A model generated the notes under the pieces. That model had not been told where the DNA came from and made no database searches. It saw nothing but the letters and a program-made list of their open reading frames with translations. DNA of 64,000 nucleotides, from the NCBI GenBank assembly GCA_016748015.1, contig JAAOMT010000607.1, forward strand, positions 558,001 through 622,000, in the 5' to 3' direction. The translations under genes were made by a program, and so were the position numbers. The stretch's first letter is position 1. Each line of letters starts with the position of its first letter. The stretch is from Geosiphon pyriformis uo1. Its lineage: Eukaryota > Fungi > Glomeromycota. Positions 39,601 through 53,194 of this stretch are shown one piece after another.

Positions 39601-39746
39601 ATACAAAGAACTCCACAACAAAACCTTCAGATCTATCAAAATCTTCAGATACAACACTTACAGAACCTCATCAATGGAAGTAGCTTTTGAGCACCAAGTT
39701 ATAAGTTTGTTATTCAATTCAACAGCAGAAATAATCCCCTGTAACA
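36651..39746 (+). mobile_element. Element E: non-autonomous LTR element (3096 bp; LTRs 36651-37668 and 38825-39746)
   Basis: TSD ACAT at 36647-36650 and 39747-39750; PBS 37671-37687; PPT before 38825. The 1.16-kb interior has gag, Cys-region, dUTPase and ORF3 scraps plus tandem repeats. Confidence 0.93.
37773..38200 (+). repeat. Degenerate ~75-105-bp tandem repeats inside element E
   Basis: Recurring TTACCTT..GATAAA.TTGTTAAA..AAACTCC..TTCGAAACCCGATAAT units starting at ~37779, 37855, 37946, 38031 and 38139. Confidence 0.75.
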
Positions 39747-41457
39747 ACATAATTGATTTTGGAAATGATTCGCGTTTCCTAAATTATGATATCATTGTGG
39801 TGTTTGATATATGGCATGATTGTCAGCTAAGTATCCTTCCAATCTCTTATTAATTGATTCACTGAACTTCTCCAATTTGGAATCCAATTCAGATGATCCA
39901 TTACTAGATTAATAGCTTGGGCATGGTTAGTCTCTGACTCAGCAGATTCAAAATCTCTGGTGCATATAACTGTGTCTTGAAGAGTGCCTGGATGCAACAG
40001 ATATACATATTGCAAGATACTGCTGTGCAGGCCACGGATAAACTGATTGAGTATCTGTGGTGCTGTAAAATAGTTGGCATCAATTGCTTGAATTTGGTGC
40101 AGGTTTTGATGGAAGCATTCCAGGTAAGTGGTGACAGCTTCCATTTCTCCTTGTTTCATGGTGGTGAACGTGTTGACTAGGCAATTAATGCTGTTATTGT
40201 TGCTGAAGTATCTTAGGAATTCTACCTTGAAGACATTGAAATCTTGTGGTTTATTAATCAAGCTCTGGTATCATGAATTAGTGGTATTCTTAAGAAAATA
40301 GGGAATGGCTTGCATTGTTCGGGTGTCATTCTATCTGTTGGTTGTGATGGCCTTTTCTACATTATTCAGCCATACTTAAGCGTTGTCCTCTTTGCTGGTA
40401 AAGTTGTCAAGTTTTGCGATTGGTGCATAGACCATTGGATCTAAGTTGAGTAGTTGTGGTGGCTGTTGCTGAAGTTGTTGAAGAAGTAACAGTTGTTGGG
40501 GTGGTACTTGAAGTGGTTGAATTGGCTCACTGATTGGCTTAATTGGTGGTTGATCGATGACAATAACTGGAGGTAGGTTTTGTTGATGACTTAACTTGGA
40601 GTTTTGATTTCTTTAATTTGGCGGAGTTCGAATATTTGGAGTTTTGATTTTCAAATTTTCTAAATGTTGCTGAGTTTGAATGTTTGGGTTTTTTAGGACT
40701 GGGTTTTGGTAATTAAATTTCTGATTCTCGTCTTCTTCTTCTTCTGATTCAGTAATTTCTCAGGAACTGATGGTTCCAAAATCTGGCTGATAAGGTGGTG
40801 ATTGAAATCCTGATGGTGTTGGTGATCTTGATTTAAATCCTTCAAAATAATTGCCATATGCTCCTAATAGTTTGTTTTTCTTTTGTTTACTCTGAAACAC
40901 AATTCTTGCTAGCGGCATCTTTGTACTGGTGGATGTGTTTACTGATATAATGTTGATGGTACTTCTGGGCATGTGATGGTATGATGAATATATCAGAAAT
41001 TTGATTCTTTGTTTCTTCCAGTTAGGAATTTGTATTCCTTTGGGTGTTACTGCTGGTGTCTGTAGTTTTTTTTTGCCTTTGTCCTAATACATAATAGGGA
41101 ATGTTCTTTGTGTATATTTTTCAATTTTTTGGTTGATTTCCCTGATGATGGGTGCAAAGCTGTGATTTCTTGGTAAGTTGGTGTGTTGGATTAGTTCTGA
41201 ATAGAAATTTTCTCTTGCTGATTCAATGTCAACTGGTCTTCCTAGAAAATCGGTGATTTTTTCATTGACGTAAAAGTTGAAAGCTGATTCTGCTGGGTAA
41301 TGGTTGTTGTTTAGACCTAGCTGCTGGCTGTACTGTTGAAATAAGAATTTTGCAAATCCTAAATGGTTTGTCCCTATTATTTCTGATTCTGCCACTTTTG
41401 GTTTGGTGTTGTCAGTGCTGGTTCTCTGTAGGATTATACCTTACAGGAAGCACCAAA

Positions 41458-42278
41458 TGTTATAGAGAATTATTTTTACTGTTGAAGTAAATAACAAACC
41501 TGTAACTTGGTGCTCAAAAGCTACTTCCATTGATGATGTTCTGCAAGCGTTGTATCTGAAAGTTTTGATGGAGTTCTTTGTATAATAGACAGAGATTCAA
41601 TAGTTGTTTTATCCATAGCTTCCCAAACTTGCAAGTTTGTCAATTCTTTTCTTGGCTTGGTGGCTGGCAATTCTCTGGTAAGTAATTCATATCTTCTGTA
41701 CATGTTCTACCCACTCGCAGAGGTTTTTTATCAGGCAATTCTTGATGTCAGTAATCAGCGCTTTTAATCAATTGGTTAGTACTCAATAACAAAATCATAA
41801 AAAATAAAGAAAATAAAAAAATCTAAAGAAATAAGCCAAGATGATTTGCAGATTAGTATCCTGTCAATAGCCATAATCAAGAGCTATTGTTTCAGTGTGA
41901 TTATGTATCAATTACTATCAACACTTCATGTTAATAGTAAAGAGTGGATTGAGATATGAAATAATTAATTATTTAATGATTTTGTTTTTAGGCTAAGAAT
42001 TCTGTGGTATTAATTCTGTTTTTTCTGTTTTTAACACTACTGCTATATATATATAATTGAGATTCCTCAATTCCTCGATTTTTCATGACAGGAATCCTGG
42101 AATTCCTGGAATCCTGTGATTTCTTTGAGAGGAATCCTGCAATTCCTCGTCGGGGAATCCTGAAATTTCTGGAATCCTGCAATTCCTAAGAGGAATTCTG
42201 GAATTCCATATTTACTATGTCTACTTCTAATTGGCTAATAATTATGCTAATATATTTCCTATATTTCTATGAGTAACA
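41458..42278 (-). repeat. 5' LTR of element B
   Basis: Termini, PBS and TSD half ACGC. Confidence 0.93.
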
Positions 42279-42489
42279 ACGCTGATATGATATATTCTTT
42301 GTCTTTTTTTTGTTTTTTTAATAGCAAATTGTTTGGTTGTTAATGATAATTTTCATGTCTAAAGGTTGTTGACTTAAGACCTAAAATAATTGTTAAGCTA
42401 TAATGTAAATATGATCTGGTATTTCCATTTTTCTTGGTTGCTTTTGTCATATATATTGTGTCTTTATATACTCTTTTATTGTTCAATTT

Positions 42490-45400
42490 TACATGTTTGG
42501 TTCAATGATTATGATTGGTTCTAGATCTCATAGAATCTCATCTGGTTGGACTAGTATTTGTTGTACTTCCAATTGTGGAATGTTATTGGTGGATGATAAT
42601 GTTATTTGGTGATATGGTTTCAGTCAATCACTATGTGCTGCTTTGGCTAAGATTTTGTTGTCCCATCTTAATTTATAAGTTCCATTTTCAAGAATTTTTT
42701 TTATGTAAAATAGTCTGTCACATTTGGGGTTGAATTTTTTACTTCATTGTTTTTCTACTTTGGTATGATATAAAAGTACTTTGTCTTCAATCTTGAATTC
42801 AACTGGTTTATCCAGTAGTTGGTTATTATGTCTTTCTTTTTGTTTTTCTTGTGATTTTTGGATGTTATTAGCTGTTTTTCATCATTTGTTTTCTAGTGTC
42901 TCCATTAAGTCATAGGTTTTTCTTAGCAATGTTTCTTGAAAATTGTCTTCTGTTATTGGTTCAATTGGATAAGTGTTAACTTTTATTTCTACTGGTAACA
43001 TTGCTGTTTTACTATATACCAATTCAAATAGAGTTGCTTGTGTGGTATCTTGTTTCATTGTTTGATAAGCAAATAATACTGATAGTATAAACAAATCCTA
43101 TTCATCTTGGTTTTCTTAACTAATCTTGGCTATTGTTTCACACAATGTTTGGTTGAATTTTTCAACTAATTCATTTGTTTATGGATGGTATGGTAATGAT
43201 AATGGTCTTTTGATTCCAAATTTTTGACTTAATTCTGCTAATGTTCTATTCACAAAGTAAGTTCCTTGATCTGATAATAGTTCTTTTGAACATCTATATT
43301 AGCAGATTAAATCTTGATGAACGAATTCAGCAACAGATTCTGCATCTGCTTTTTGAATAGCTTTTGCTTCTGGCCATTTAGTGAGATAATTTATGGCTAC
43401 TGCAATATATCTGTTGCCTCTACTAGTGATTGTTAGTGGTTTAACTAAGTCAATTCCAATTTGATCAAATGGTTGTCCCACTTTGATTGGTCTTAATAGT
43501 TCACTTTGTCTTGTTTCTCCTCTTCTCTGACAAGCATCACAATTCTGAACATATTAGATGATGTCTGGATATATTGATGGCCAATAGTATCTTTTTCTGG
43601 TTCTTTTTATGGTTGCTTCTTTATAAAATGTCCTGCTGTTGGATCTGAGTGCATGTTAAACAATATTGTTCCTTTTTCTGGTTCTGTAATTACTCTGGTT
43701 GGTTGGTCTGGATTTCTTCTGTTTTTCTGGTAAAGTATATTTTGATGATTGATAAAATATTTTGATTGCTGTTTTAGGTTGTTTTGTTTTTTTTAAGATA
43801 ATTTCTCCTTAAACAATTGTGTATTTATATAATACTGGAATTGTTGGTATTTTTGTGTGTTCATCTTTTATTATATTTTTGGGTTGAAATGTTTTTAGAT
43901 TTGTCTTATCTGCAACAAACCGTCAGCATTTCCATTGTCTTTTCCCTTTTTGTAATGTATTGTAAATGTATATGGTGATAGTACTATTTTTCATCTTACA
44001 TGATGATTGTCTCCAAATTTTTGCTTCTGAATTGAAGTCAATCCTTTGTGGTCAGTATACACATCAAACTTTTGGCTCAAGTATTTTTTCTATTTGGTAA
44101 CAGCCCAATAAATAGTTAAGTGTTCTAATGTTGGAGTTCCATAGTTTTTTTTAGCTGAACTTAAGCTTTTACTGGTATAAGCTACTGGATGTTTTCTTCT
44201 ATCTGGTCCTTTCTGCAATAGTACAGCTCTCAATGCTTGGTTTGATGTATTGGTGGTAATGATAAATGGTTTGCTATGATCTGGATATATCAACACTGGA
44301 GCTTAAATAAGCTTTCTTCTCAGTATGTCGAATGCTTTTTATTGTGTTTCTGTCCATTTATACTTTACATTCTTAGTTTTTAAATGATGGAGTGGCTGAG
44401 CCAGTTTGGAAAAGTTCTTAATAAAGCAGTGATAATAGCCTGCGAATCCCAAAAATGCTCTTAGTTCTAGCAAGTTTGTTGGTACTGGAAAGTTTTTTAC
44501 TATTACAATTTGTTTGGATCTGTTTTGATACCATTTTTGCTTACAACATGTTCCAAAAATTTGAGTTCAGTTTTTTCAAAGAAATATTTAGTTGCATTTA
44601 GTTTCAATCCGGCTTTTCTGAGTCTTTTAAATACTTGTTGGAGATAATGTAGATGATTATCAAATGTTTTTGAGAACACATTGGTGTTATTCAAGTATAT
44701 GACTACTGATTTCCATAGCAGTCCAGTATAGACAATTTCCATAAGCCATTGAAATGTTGCTGGAGCATTCATTAAGCCAAATGACATTACTTCAAATTCA
44801 AAGTTTTTTTCCCGAGTTGTAAAAGCTGTTTTCTCTTTGTCTTCTGGTTTTATGGCTATTTGCCAATATCTGCTGTCTAAGTCTAATGTTGAAAACCATT
44901 TCTTTCCACCAAAAGCATCAAACAGTTCTTGTATTTTTAAAGTTGGGTAACTATTGCCTTTAGTTACTCCATTCAGTTTTCGGTAATCCACACAAAAGTG
45001 AATTTTTTTATTCTTCTTATAGACTAGTACCACTGGTGATGACCATAGATTTATTGATGGCTGAATTAGCCCATTGTCAAGCATCCAGTTAATTTCTTGA
45101 TGAATGATCTCATGATTAGTTAGTAGTACTCTGTATGTTCTTTGTTTGATTGACATTGTATCTCCAGTCTTGATTTGATGTTGGATGATGTCAGTTCTGC
45201 CAAATTTGTTTTCACTGGCAAAGATGTTATTGAAATTGTTGAGTAATATTTTTAGTTGTATCTGTTGGAGTGGGTCTAAATTCTCCATGTTTATCTGTTC
45301 CAATTGTTCTGGTTGAAACAGATAATATTCACTTTGTCTGTAAATAGTTTGTAATGTAATGTCCACATATCCACAAAGCTGTGGAAAATCTGGAATGTAG

Positions 45401-48400
45401 TTTGGTGGTTGATCTTTAATCTCAGTGGTTAAATATTCAATAGTGGTTCTCTTTGGTATTTCAATGACTTTTCCAGTTGTGTTGTAGATAGGAATTTTGA
45501 TGTTTTTGGGGCTTTTGGCTGATATGTAGAGATTAGTGAGTCCAATCTTTCCTAATTTGCAAATGGTGACTTCTGCTTCAAACAACTGAGCTTGATCCTT
45601 TGCTTCTCTTTTTATGACTAACATATACTGGTCATATGGTGGAATAGAAATTGGTTGACAGGTTGAGATAATTTTTTCTTTGTCAACAATTTTTTCCTCT
45701 GTCATATTGATTGATATATCTATTCTATCTATTGATCTAAATTTTTGTATCCCTCTTGCTGTCATCTCTAATTCATTTTTTTTTCTTACTGAAACTAATT
45801 GAGCTATTTTCACCAGAGGTAAAAATATTGCCTGAGCTATTTTTTTATTTGGTTCTATAATATAGACCTTTTCTGAATCATTTTGTAGCATAACAATAAT
45901 ATTTCCTACATATCCTACATCAATTATTCTTTCTTTGATGTTGATTTCTTTTTTTGCTAAACTACTTTTAGATGCTAATTGAACTATAGTTGTTGCTAGA
46001 ATTTCCAGAGCTATTTTGAGATCAATACATGTGTGCAAATTTGGTTTCAATTTAATGGCTTCTTTTCCTGAATATCTTAGATTAAACCCTGCATTAGTAT
46101 CATGCAGATGTTCTGGCATAATACCTTTATTATTGTTATTATACCATTTGAGTTTCTGCTTCTTAGAGAGATCAAAAAGTGCAATGTATATTTCAGAGTT
46201 TGAATTAGGGTCTGAATTGTTGATATTTTTATTGTTATTTTGAGCAAAGCTGAAACCAGTGTTTTCATCATCATCATTGTTGGAGTTTGAATCAGGATTA
46301 AAACTTGATTCTGATTCCGATGCACAGCCATTAATTGGTTCTTTTTCTTCTGAGATTATGTAAATTATGTGTGTTGGTGGATTGTAAATGAGGTCACACT
46401 TATTACAATATTGAAAGTCATATGAGATCAAACAGTGGTTACATAGTTAGATGTTTATTTAGGCTAAACATTGCTCTTGTTCTTTTCTTGTCAGTGCTAG
46501 ATTTTAGTAGTGCTTATGAAATTTTTCTAAGTCTGTTTTCAGGTCCAGGAAAGCATCTGGGTTGGGAATCAGAACAATGTTAACTGGTTCTGGAAGATTG
46601 TTTTTGATTTCCAATATTTTGCTAGGTGTGGCGCCTTCTACTTTGGCATTTGTCATCTGCCAGATCTCATTTTTGTCATGTAAGTAACTGTTCAAGCAAA
46701 AGATTACACAGTGCCAGATGGCAGTTATTGGCATACCACAACTCACCCAATTGCTGATGAGGATCGTGTATTGACATGAAGCATCACACATTTTTTCTCA
46801 TCCAGAAATGTTGTTCCATATTCCTTCATCGAGTAGTTGTTTGCTGTAAGCAAGACATGATTTGTTGTCTTATTTGTCTTGTTTTTTTGGGTAGTCATAG
46901 TGTTTGCAGTGGCAAGGCTTGCAATAATAATGAATTCGCGTCCAGTAATCTTTGTCTGATATAACTCAAGCTCTCATAGAAGAAAGTTTCTTTCCACAGT
47001 CTTTGCATTTAAGAGGTATATATGGTGGCTCTTTTATTGGTTTCCATAAGTATTTTCTTTCCCAGTCACTAGTTATTTCTTCTGTGGTGGTGGTTTTTTC
47101 AGATAGTTCTTTTTCTTTCCTTTTTCCTTTCTCTTTGTCTGTTTCTTTCTATTCCCAACTTGGTAGCTCATCCTGATTATGATTAATTTCCCAGACTTGG
47201 TTGGCATTCCAGGTAGGTTTGGTTTTTTTCTGTTTTCTTTTACCATTGTCATTTCAAAATAGTATAGGCAGTAGTTTGTTGTGGTCTTTGTCGGCCTATG
47301 AGACTTGGTAGGCTTCTTAGATAGGTTTTCTTTCTTCTTTTTCGAACTTGATAAGTGGAGCTGATGTCGTGGTGATAAGCTTGAAGTGGCCACACATGAC
47401 TGGTACTTATAAGTGTTGACCATTTTGATTAATCTGAAGCTCTTGGGTGTTCCAATTGAGTATTGTGTTGACTTTAAACAACCAGTTGTTACCAACAAGT
47501 GCTTGGTATTGAGTAGCCTCCATAACTAATACTTTGATTGATACAATGATGCCATTGACCTTTATAGGGAGGTCATCAATCTCGCTGATTAGAGTTTTGG
47601 TTGCTCCATCAGCAATAATTATGCATGCACTGGCAGCATGATCAACTCGGCAATCTAATTGGTTTATGAGTTGTTATGTAATGATGTTGTTAGCTGATCT
47701 ACTTTCTAGAATCAGTTTGATGGCATGACCATTAACTTTTGTGTCAATATACATGGCAGTGATCAGTTTGGTGTTAAGAGCAGCTCCATTAAATAAGGAG
47801 ACTCATATGGTTTCCTTGAGTTCAAAAGGAAAAATAGCTGCTAGGGATTTGTTATTGAAGATAATTGTTGATAGAATATTACTAGTAAGTAGTTGTTGCT
47901 GGTTGGATTCCTGGTTGTTGGATAAGACATCTTCTGGGGTAATCAGAAGACTTAAATACTGTTGGGCATTCGGGTTTTGGGTGTATCTGATACTCAAATT
48001 CCATTGTCAAGATTTTGATGATTGGTTTGAGAAACTGGGGATTGGTTAATAGACTACCATCAATAATCTCCAATTTTGCTGTGCCAGTCTTGGCCTTTGA
48101 GTTCCGTTTTGAGGTAAGTTTTGTGGCAGTATCTGTATTTGTCGGGGTTGATAAATTATCTGCAGCTGTGGCTGATAGATAGGCTGAAACTGTGGTTTAT
48201 AAATTACTAGTGTTGTTAGCTAATAAACTGGTAGTTAATAGATTGGTTATAATGTCATAGGTAAGTAATTCAGTTGATACAGTTCTGAGTTTGATTGATA
48301 ATTTGGAGTTTGAAACCAGCAATTGGAGTTTTGATATTGATTTCCCAATCATTGGTTATTTAAGTGATAGTGGCAATCAATTTGTAGATGTTCTTGTTTC

Positions 48401-50110
48401 CCACAATAGTAACAAACACATGTTTCTTGTTGTTATTGTTGATTGGTTGACACTGATGGATGCAATTGATTTTGGAAACAATTAAAAATTCCTTGATTAT
48501 TGTGTTACTGTGGAGATTGATAGATTGCCTAATTGTTAGCTAAGTATCCCTCTAATTTTTGGTTAATAGAATCACTGAATTGCTTCAACTTAGAATCCAA
48601 TTCAGATGATCCATTCATCACTAGATTGATAGCTTGGGCATGGTTAGCTTCAAGTTCAGCTGCTTTAAAATCTCTGGCATTCATAATAGTGGCTTGATGA
48701 TCTGCTGAATGCATTGGACATACACATTGGAAAATGCTACTGTGCAATCCACAAATGAATTGGTTTAAAATCTAAGGCACTATAAAATAGTCAGCTTGAA
48801 TTGCTTGAATTTGGCACAAGTTTCTGTGGAAATGTCCCAAGTAAGTAGTAATTGTTTCAGTTTCTTCTTGTTTGATTGTGGTGAAAGTGTTGGCTAGACA
48901 ATTAATACTATTATTATTACTGAAATATCCCAGGAATGCAACTTTAAATTCCTGGAATGTTTAAGATTTGGTGACTAAACTTTGATATTATGAGTCAACA
49001 GTATCTTGTAAGAAATAGGAGATGGCTTGAAGTGCTCTTGCATTATTCCATCTGTTGGCCATAATAATCTTTTCAACATTGTTGAGCCATATTTGGCGTC
49101 ATCTTTTTGGCCAGTAAACTTCTCAAGTTTTGCTATTGGGGTGTAGGCCATTGGATCCAAGTTCAGTTGTTGTTGTGATGGTAATTGAATCAGAGATTGT
49201 GGTGGTGGTTGTTGTGGTGCGTCAACTAGTGGTGGGTTGATGACAATAACTGGAGGTAAGTGTTATTGATTATTAATGTCAGGGTTTCAATTGTTCTAAT
49301 TTTGCTGATTTTGAAAATTCCGAGTTTTGATTTCTGGATTTTCTAAATTTGGATTTTGTTGAATTTGAAAGTTCAGGGTTTCAATATCTGGATTTTCTGG
49401 AATTGGGTTCTGGTAAGTAAATTCTTGATTTTCAGCTTCTTTTTCTTCTTCCTCTTCTGATTTTGTTATCTCCCAAGGACTTGTGTTTCTGAAATCTGGT
49501 TGAGGTGGCAATAATTGAAATTCTAATAGGGTAGTTAATCACGATTTAAATTCTTCAAAATAATTGCCATAAGTTCTTAGTAATTCTGCTTTCTTTTGTT
49601 TACTTTGAAATGAAAGTTATCCAAATGTGGATGTCATGTTTGATTAGATATGCCTGTTGATAAAATGTTGATAGTGCTTCTGGGTATATAGTAGTATGAT
49701 AGATTTGTTGGTGACTCAATTCTGGTTTTCTTCCAAATGGGTGGTTGTATCCTTTGGAATGTTACTGCTGATGTTTGCAGTTTCTCTTTTTCTTTATTGA
49801 CATAGGTAATTGGATATTTTTGTTGGGTGTGATATTCAATTTCTTTATTGATTTTGGTGATGATAGATGCGAAATTGGAATTTGTTGGTAGGCTAGTGTT
49901 TTGAATTAATTTGTTGTAAAAAGTTTCTCTTGCTAACTCAGTATTTATGGATGTTCTTAACAGATATGCAATTCTCTTATTGAAATAGAAATTAAAGGCT
50001 GATTCCATTGATATGTAATTGTAGTTTAATCCCAAATGTTAACAGTAATATTGAAATAAGGATTTTGCGAATCCTAAATAGTTTGCTTCTATTGATTCTA
50101 ATTTTGTTAC
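42490..50110 (-). pseudogene. Element A gag-pol (gag, PR, Cys-rich region, dUTPase, RT, RNase H, integrase), degenerate
   Basis: The 642-aa ORF 44503-46431 has NAGFNL/LASKSSL/IIDVGYVG (dUTPase) then FCVDYRKLN/MSFGL/YLNN (RT). RNase H at 44090-44296. Integrase GIDLV..TKWPEA at 43299-43481. Confidence 0.9.
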
Positions 50111-50172
50111 TTTTGGATAAGTGTAGTTGGTGCTGGTTCTCTGTAGGATTATACCTCACAAGGAGTACCAAA

Positions 50173-51095
50173 TGTTATAGATGATTATTTGGGGTCTCAA
50201 ATCAAATAACAAAACCCATAATTTGGTGCTTAAAAGCTATTTGTGACAATAGTGATCTCAATGTGTCACTTTATCTGAAGGTTTTATTAATTTGAAGATT
50301 TTGTTGATAAGTCCTTTGTATAATAAACAGAGATTTCGTATGATCAGTATTGTCTCAGGTGTTTTCCAATTTCTGTTTTCAGCATAGTGGCTGGTTTATT
50401 CTGGCAGTTGTGCCCTTCTGATAAGTTATCTGTTAATATATATATATGATTTTACTCTTATTTCTGGGTCTTTTACCAGGCTATCCATGACATCAAATAC
50501 TCAGCACTTTAATCCCTAATCAATTAGTATACAACAATAAAATCAAAGAAAAAAAATAAAAAAAATAAAAAAAATAAAATAAGCCAAGGCATTAGTAGAT
50601 ATTCCATCAATAGCTGTGATCAAGAGCTATTGTTCCAATATAGTTAAGTGTCAATGATTATCAACATAAAGTGTTGATAGTAAAGAGTGGATTTGAGATA
50701 ATAAATATTTATTTATTAATATTGTGATGTGAAAAATTGCTTAGATTAAATCTAAACTAAGAGGTTTCTAACTAAAAGATTCTGTCTTTTCTACTTCTAA
50801 TGCTACTGCTATATATAAATAATTGATGTTTTACAAGATTGCTCATATTTTTAAGTGATGTGCTATGATTTCTTGAGCAATGCTTACATTGCTGAGCAAT
50901 GTGTCCTAATTTTCTAATATTACTCTATATTGCTAAGCAATGTGCTATGCTTTCTGATATTGCTCCACATTGCTGAGCAATATGCCATGATTTCTGTTAT
51001 TGCTTTATATTGTTAAGCAATGTGCTCATGTGCTAAATATTATTCACTTATTGGTTTACTATTTTTCTATATTTGTTTTCTTTTTATAAGTAACA
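50173..51095 (-). repeat. 5' LTR of element A
   Basis: TGTTATA..GTAACA termini; adjacent PBS. Confidence 0.93.
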
Positions 51096-51624
51096 CTGCT
51101 TTACTACTCCCTACCCAAATCATGTTATCAACAAAAGCACCAGCCACTAGAAATGAAGTCAAACTGCCTTGGTTTTCTAGCCTGCCAGTCTTAGCAACAA
51201 ACTTAGTGTTGATCTGGTAGCCACACAAACTTTTCTGCCTCTTAACTTTACACAAAAGAGGATCATAGAAGATCTTTCACAGCAAAGAAGAAAACATCTC
51301 ACTCTGGTTAAGACCATCATGAACCCAATACTCATCAGTCAGACCAAAATCAGTTATAACATGATTAACACAATTATTGTGAATACTGCCAAAAAACCTA
51401 ATAAAACATTCACACATCTTAATTTGAACCAAGTTATTTTGCAAGTGATACCAACTCACAGAATTATAAGTCTTATGTATATCCTATAAAACAAGCCAAA
51501 ATTCATGATCTTTTTTCAGAGCATTCTCAACAACTAATCCAATTACAAAAATAGAGAATTGAGTAGTAGTGCCTTTTAGTACAGAAAAATTATCATCATG
51601 AAGAACATTAAACATACTACATGC
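51096..51624 (-). mobile_element. LINE, middle segment (RT core)
   Basis: Reads VHDGLNQSEMFSSLL and GAFVDNMIWVGSSKA, which continues as ATQYILDIASEFF left of 11502. Confidence 0.9.
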
Positions 51625-52510
51625 TGTTACAGGTGATTGTTTCTGCTGTTAAATTGAATAACAAACCTGTAACTTGGTGCTCAAAAGCTACTTCCGTTGA
51701 TGATATTCTGTAAGTGTTGTATCTAAAGGTTTTGATGGAGTTCTTTGTATAATGGACAGAGATTCAATAGTGTTGATAGTAAATGTATCTTTCCAAGAGT
51801 TTTCCCAATTTTTTTCTCAGCGTGGTGGCCAGATTTAGTCTGGCAGTTGTGCCTTTCTGGTAAGCTATCTGATAATATATAAAATTTTACCCTTATTTCT
51901 GGGTCTTTTACCAGGCTATCCTTGACATTAATAACTCAGCGCTTAATCTTTTAATCAATTAGTATACCACAATAAAATCAAAAAAAAATGAAAATAAAAT
52001 AAAGAAAATAAAATAAAGAGAAATAGAGAAAATAAGCCAAGGCAATTTGGTATGTTAGTATCTCGTCAATAGCTGTGATCAAGAGCTATTGTTCCAGTGT
52101 GGTTAAGTATCAATTATTATCAACATGAAGTGTTGATAAAGAGGAGTGGATTGCGATATAAAATAATTATTTACTTGATGATTGTGTTTCTGAGCTAAGG
52201 ATTCTGTTGTATTGATTCTGTCTTTTCTGTTTCTAACTCTACTGCTATATATACATAATCGAGATTCCTTAATTCCTCGATTTTTCATGACAGGAATCCT
52301 GGAATTCCTGGAATTCTGCAATTCCTATGCAAGGAATCCTGCAATTCTGGAATCCTGCAATTCCTCGTCGGGGAATTCTGAAATTCCTAGAATCTTGCAA
52401 TTCCTGAGAGAAATCCTGGAATTCCACATTTTACTACGCCTACTTCTGATTGGCTAATAATCATGCTAATATATTTCCTATATTTCTATAAATAACATTA
52501 TTCCCTCCTT

Positions 52511-53140
52511 TTAATATTGAGCTCCATCGAAATCCAACCCATTTAATTCTCCCTCTTGAAGTATTTTCTGAATTTCATTTTCAAGAATTACTTGTGTTAT
52601 TTGGGTTTGTAATTTCTCAAATTGAGCATTGGTGATTTTTCCCAATTGATTACTAGTAACCATATCCATTGTTTTGCTGAGCAATATTTCTGGTCTATCC
52701 TGAAATGCTGTGTGTATTTGGTATATGGCTTGGGCCTATGTGGATAAGTTGTTCTTTTCCACAAAATGTTTTAATTGTTGTAGTATTCTTTTATCAAATA
52801 ATCACTTTGTTTTATCCATATATAGATTCTGGATATTTACATGTTGTCCCAAGTAAAAATAACAATAGTTTTGTGGAAATTGTTGTCTCCACCAATTCCA
52901 AGTTTCTTTAGTCAACTCTTGATATAGTGATTCTTTTATCGACTCTTTTATTGCTAATTTTACTTTCACAATGATTTTGTTCACAGTATTTTCCGTTTTC
53001 TTCTGTGTTCTAAGTTACAATGTCTTTCTAGTATCTTGATATCAAATGGTTTGTTGATTGATTGTAATCTCCATTTCCTGGTGTTGGATTAATTGAAAGA
53101 GTTGTTGTATTAGTGTGTGAATATTATCTGTAATTTCCAT
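52511..53140 (-). pseudogene. ORF3 of D (630 bp)
   Basis: AAAAATGGAAATT start and ..FDGAQY* end; near-identical to ORF3 of B. Confidence 0.88.
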
Positions 53141-53194
53141 TTTTCTGATATTTCCTATTGCATCTATCATGTCTTTATATATTCTTTTAATGGA

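Larger units (their letters stand above)
35670..41457 (-). mobile_element. 5' half of element B (gag to PR N-terminus), interrupted by E
   Basis: gag from 41395, capsid region 39827-40261, knuckle CHNCNKQGHIRVNC, PR ILNSGS; PBS 41439-41455. Confidence 0.92.
12929..42278 (-). mobile_element. Gypsy element B locus, inserted in ORF3 of A and rearranged by nested B', E and an inversion
   Basis: Flanks ATGC (12925-12928) and ACGC (42279-42282) are a TSD with one CpG decay. A ORF3 resumes across the insertion. Confidence 0.88.
11502..51095 (-). mobile_element. Gypsy element A (outermost; own sequence 11502-12928 and 42279-51095), dUTPase-bearing
   Basis: LTRs 11502-12425 and 50173-51095 share ATTGCTGAGCAAT repeats. 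TSD CTGC at 11498-11501 and 51096-51099. PPT 12426-12440, PBS 50154-50170. Confidence 0.93.

Noticed and set aside
39437-39853. ORFs inside LTRs (also 35424-35606, 37497-37685 and 41521-41703)
   Set aside because: The open frame differs between LTR types, indels are not multiples of 3, and the starts look like CpG-decay ATGs or TTG.
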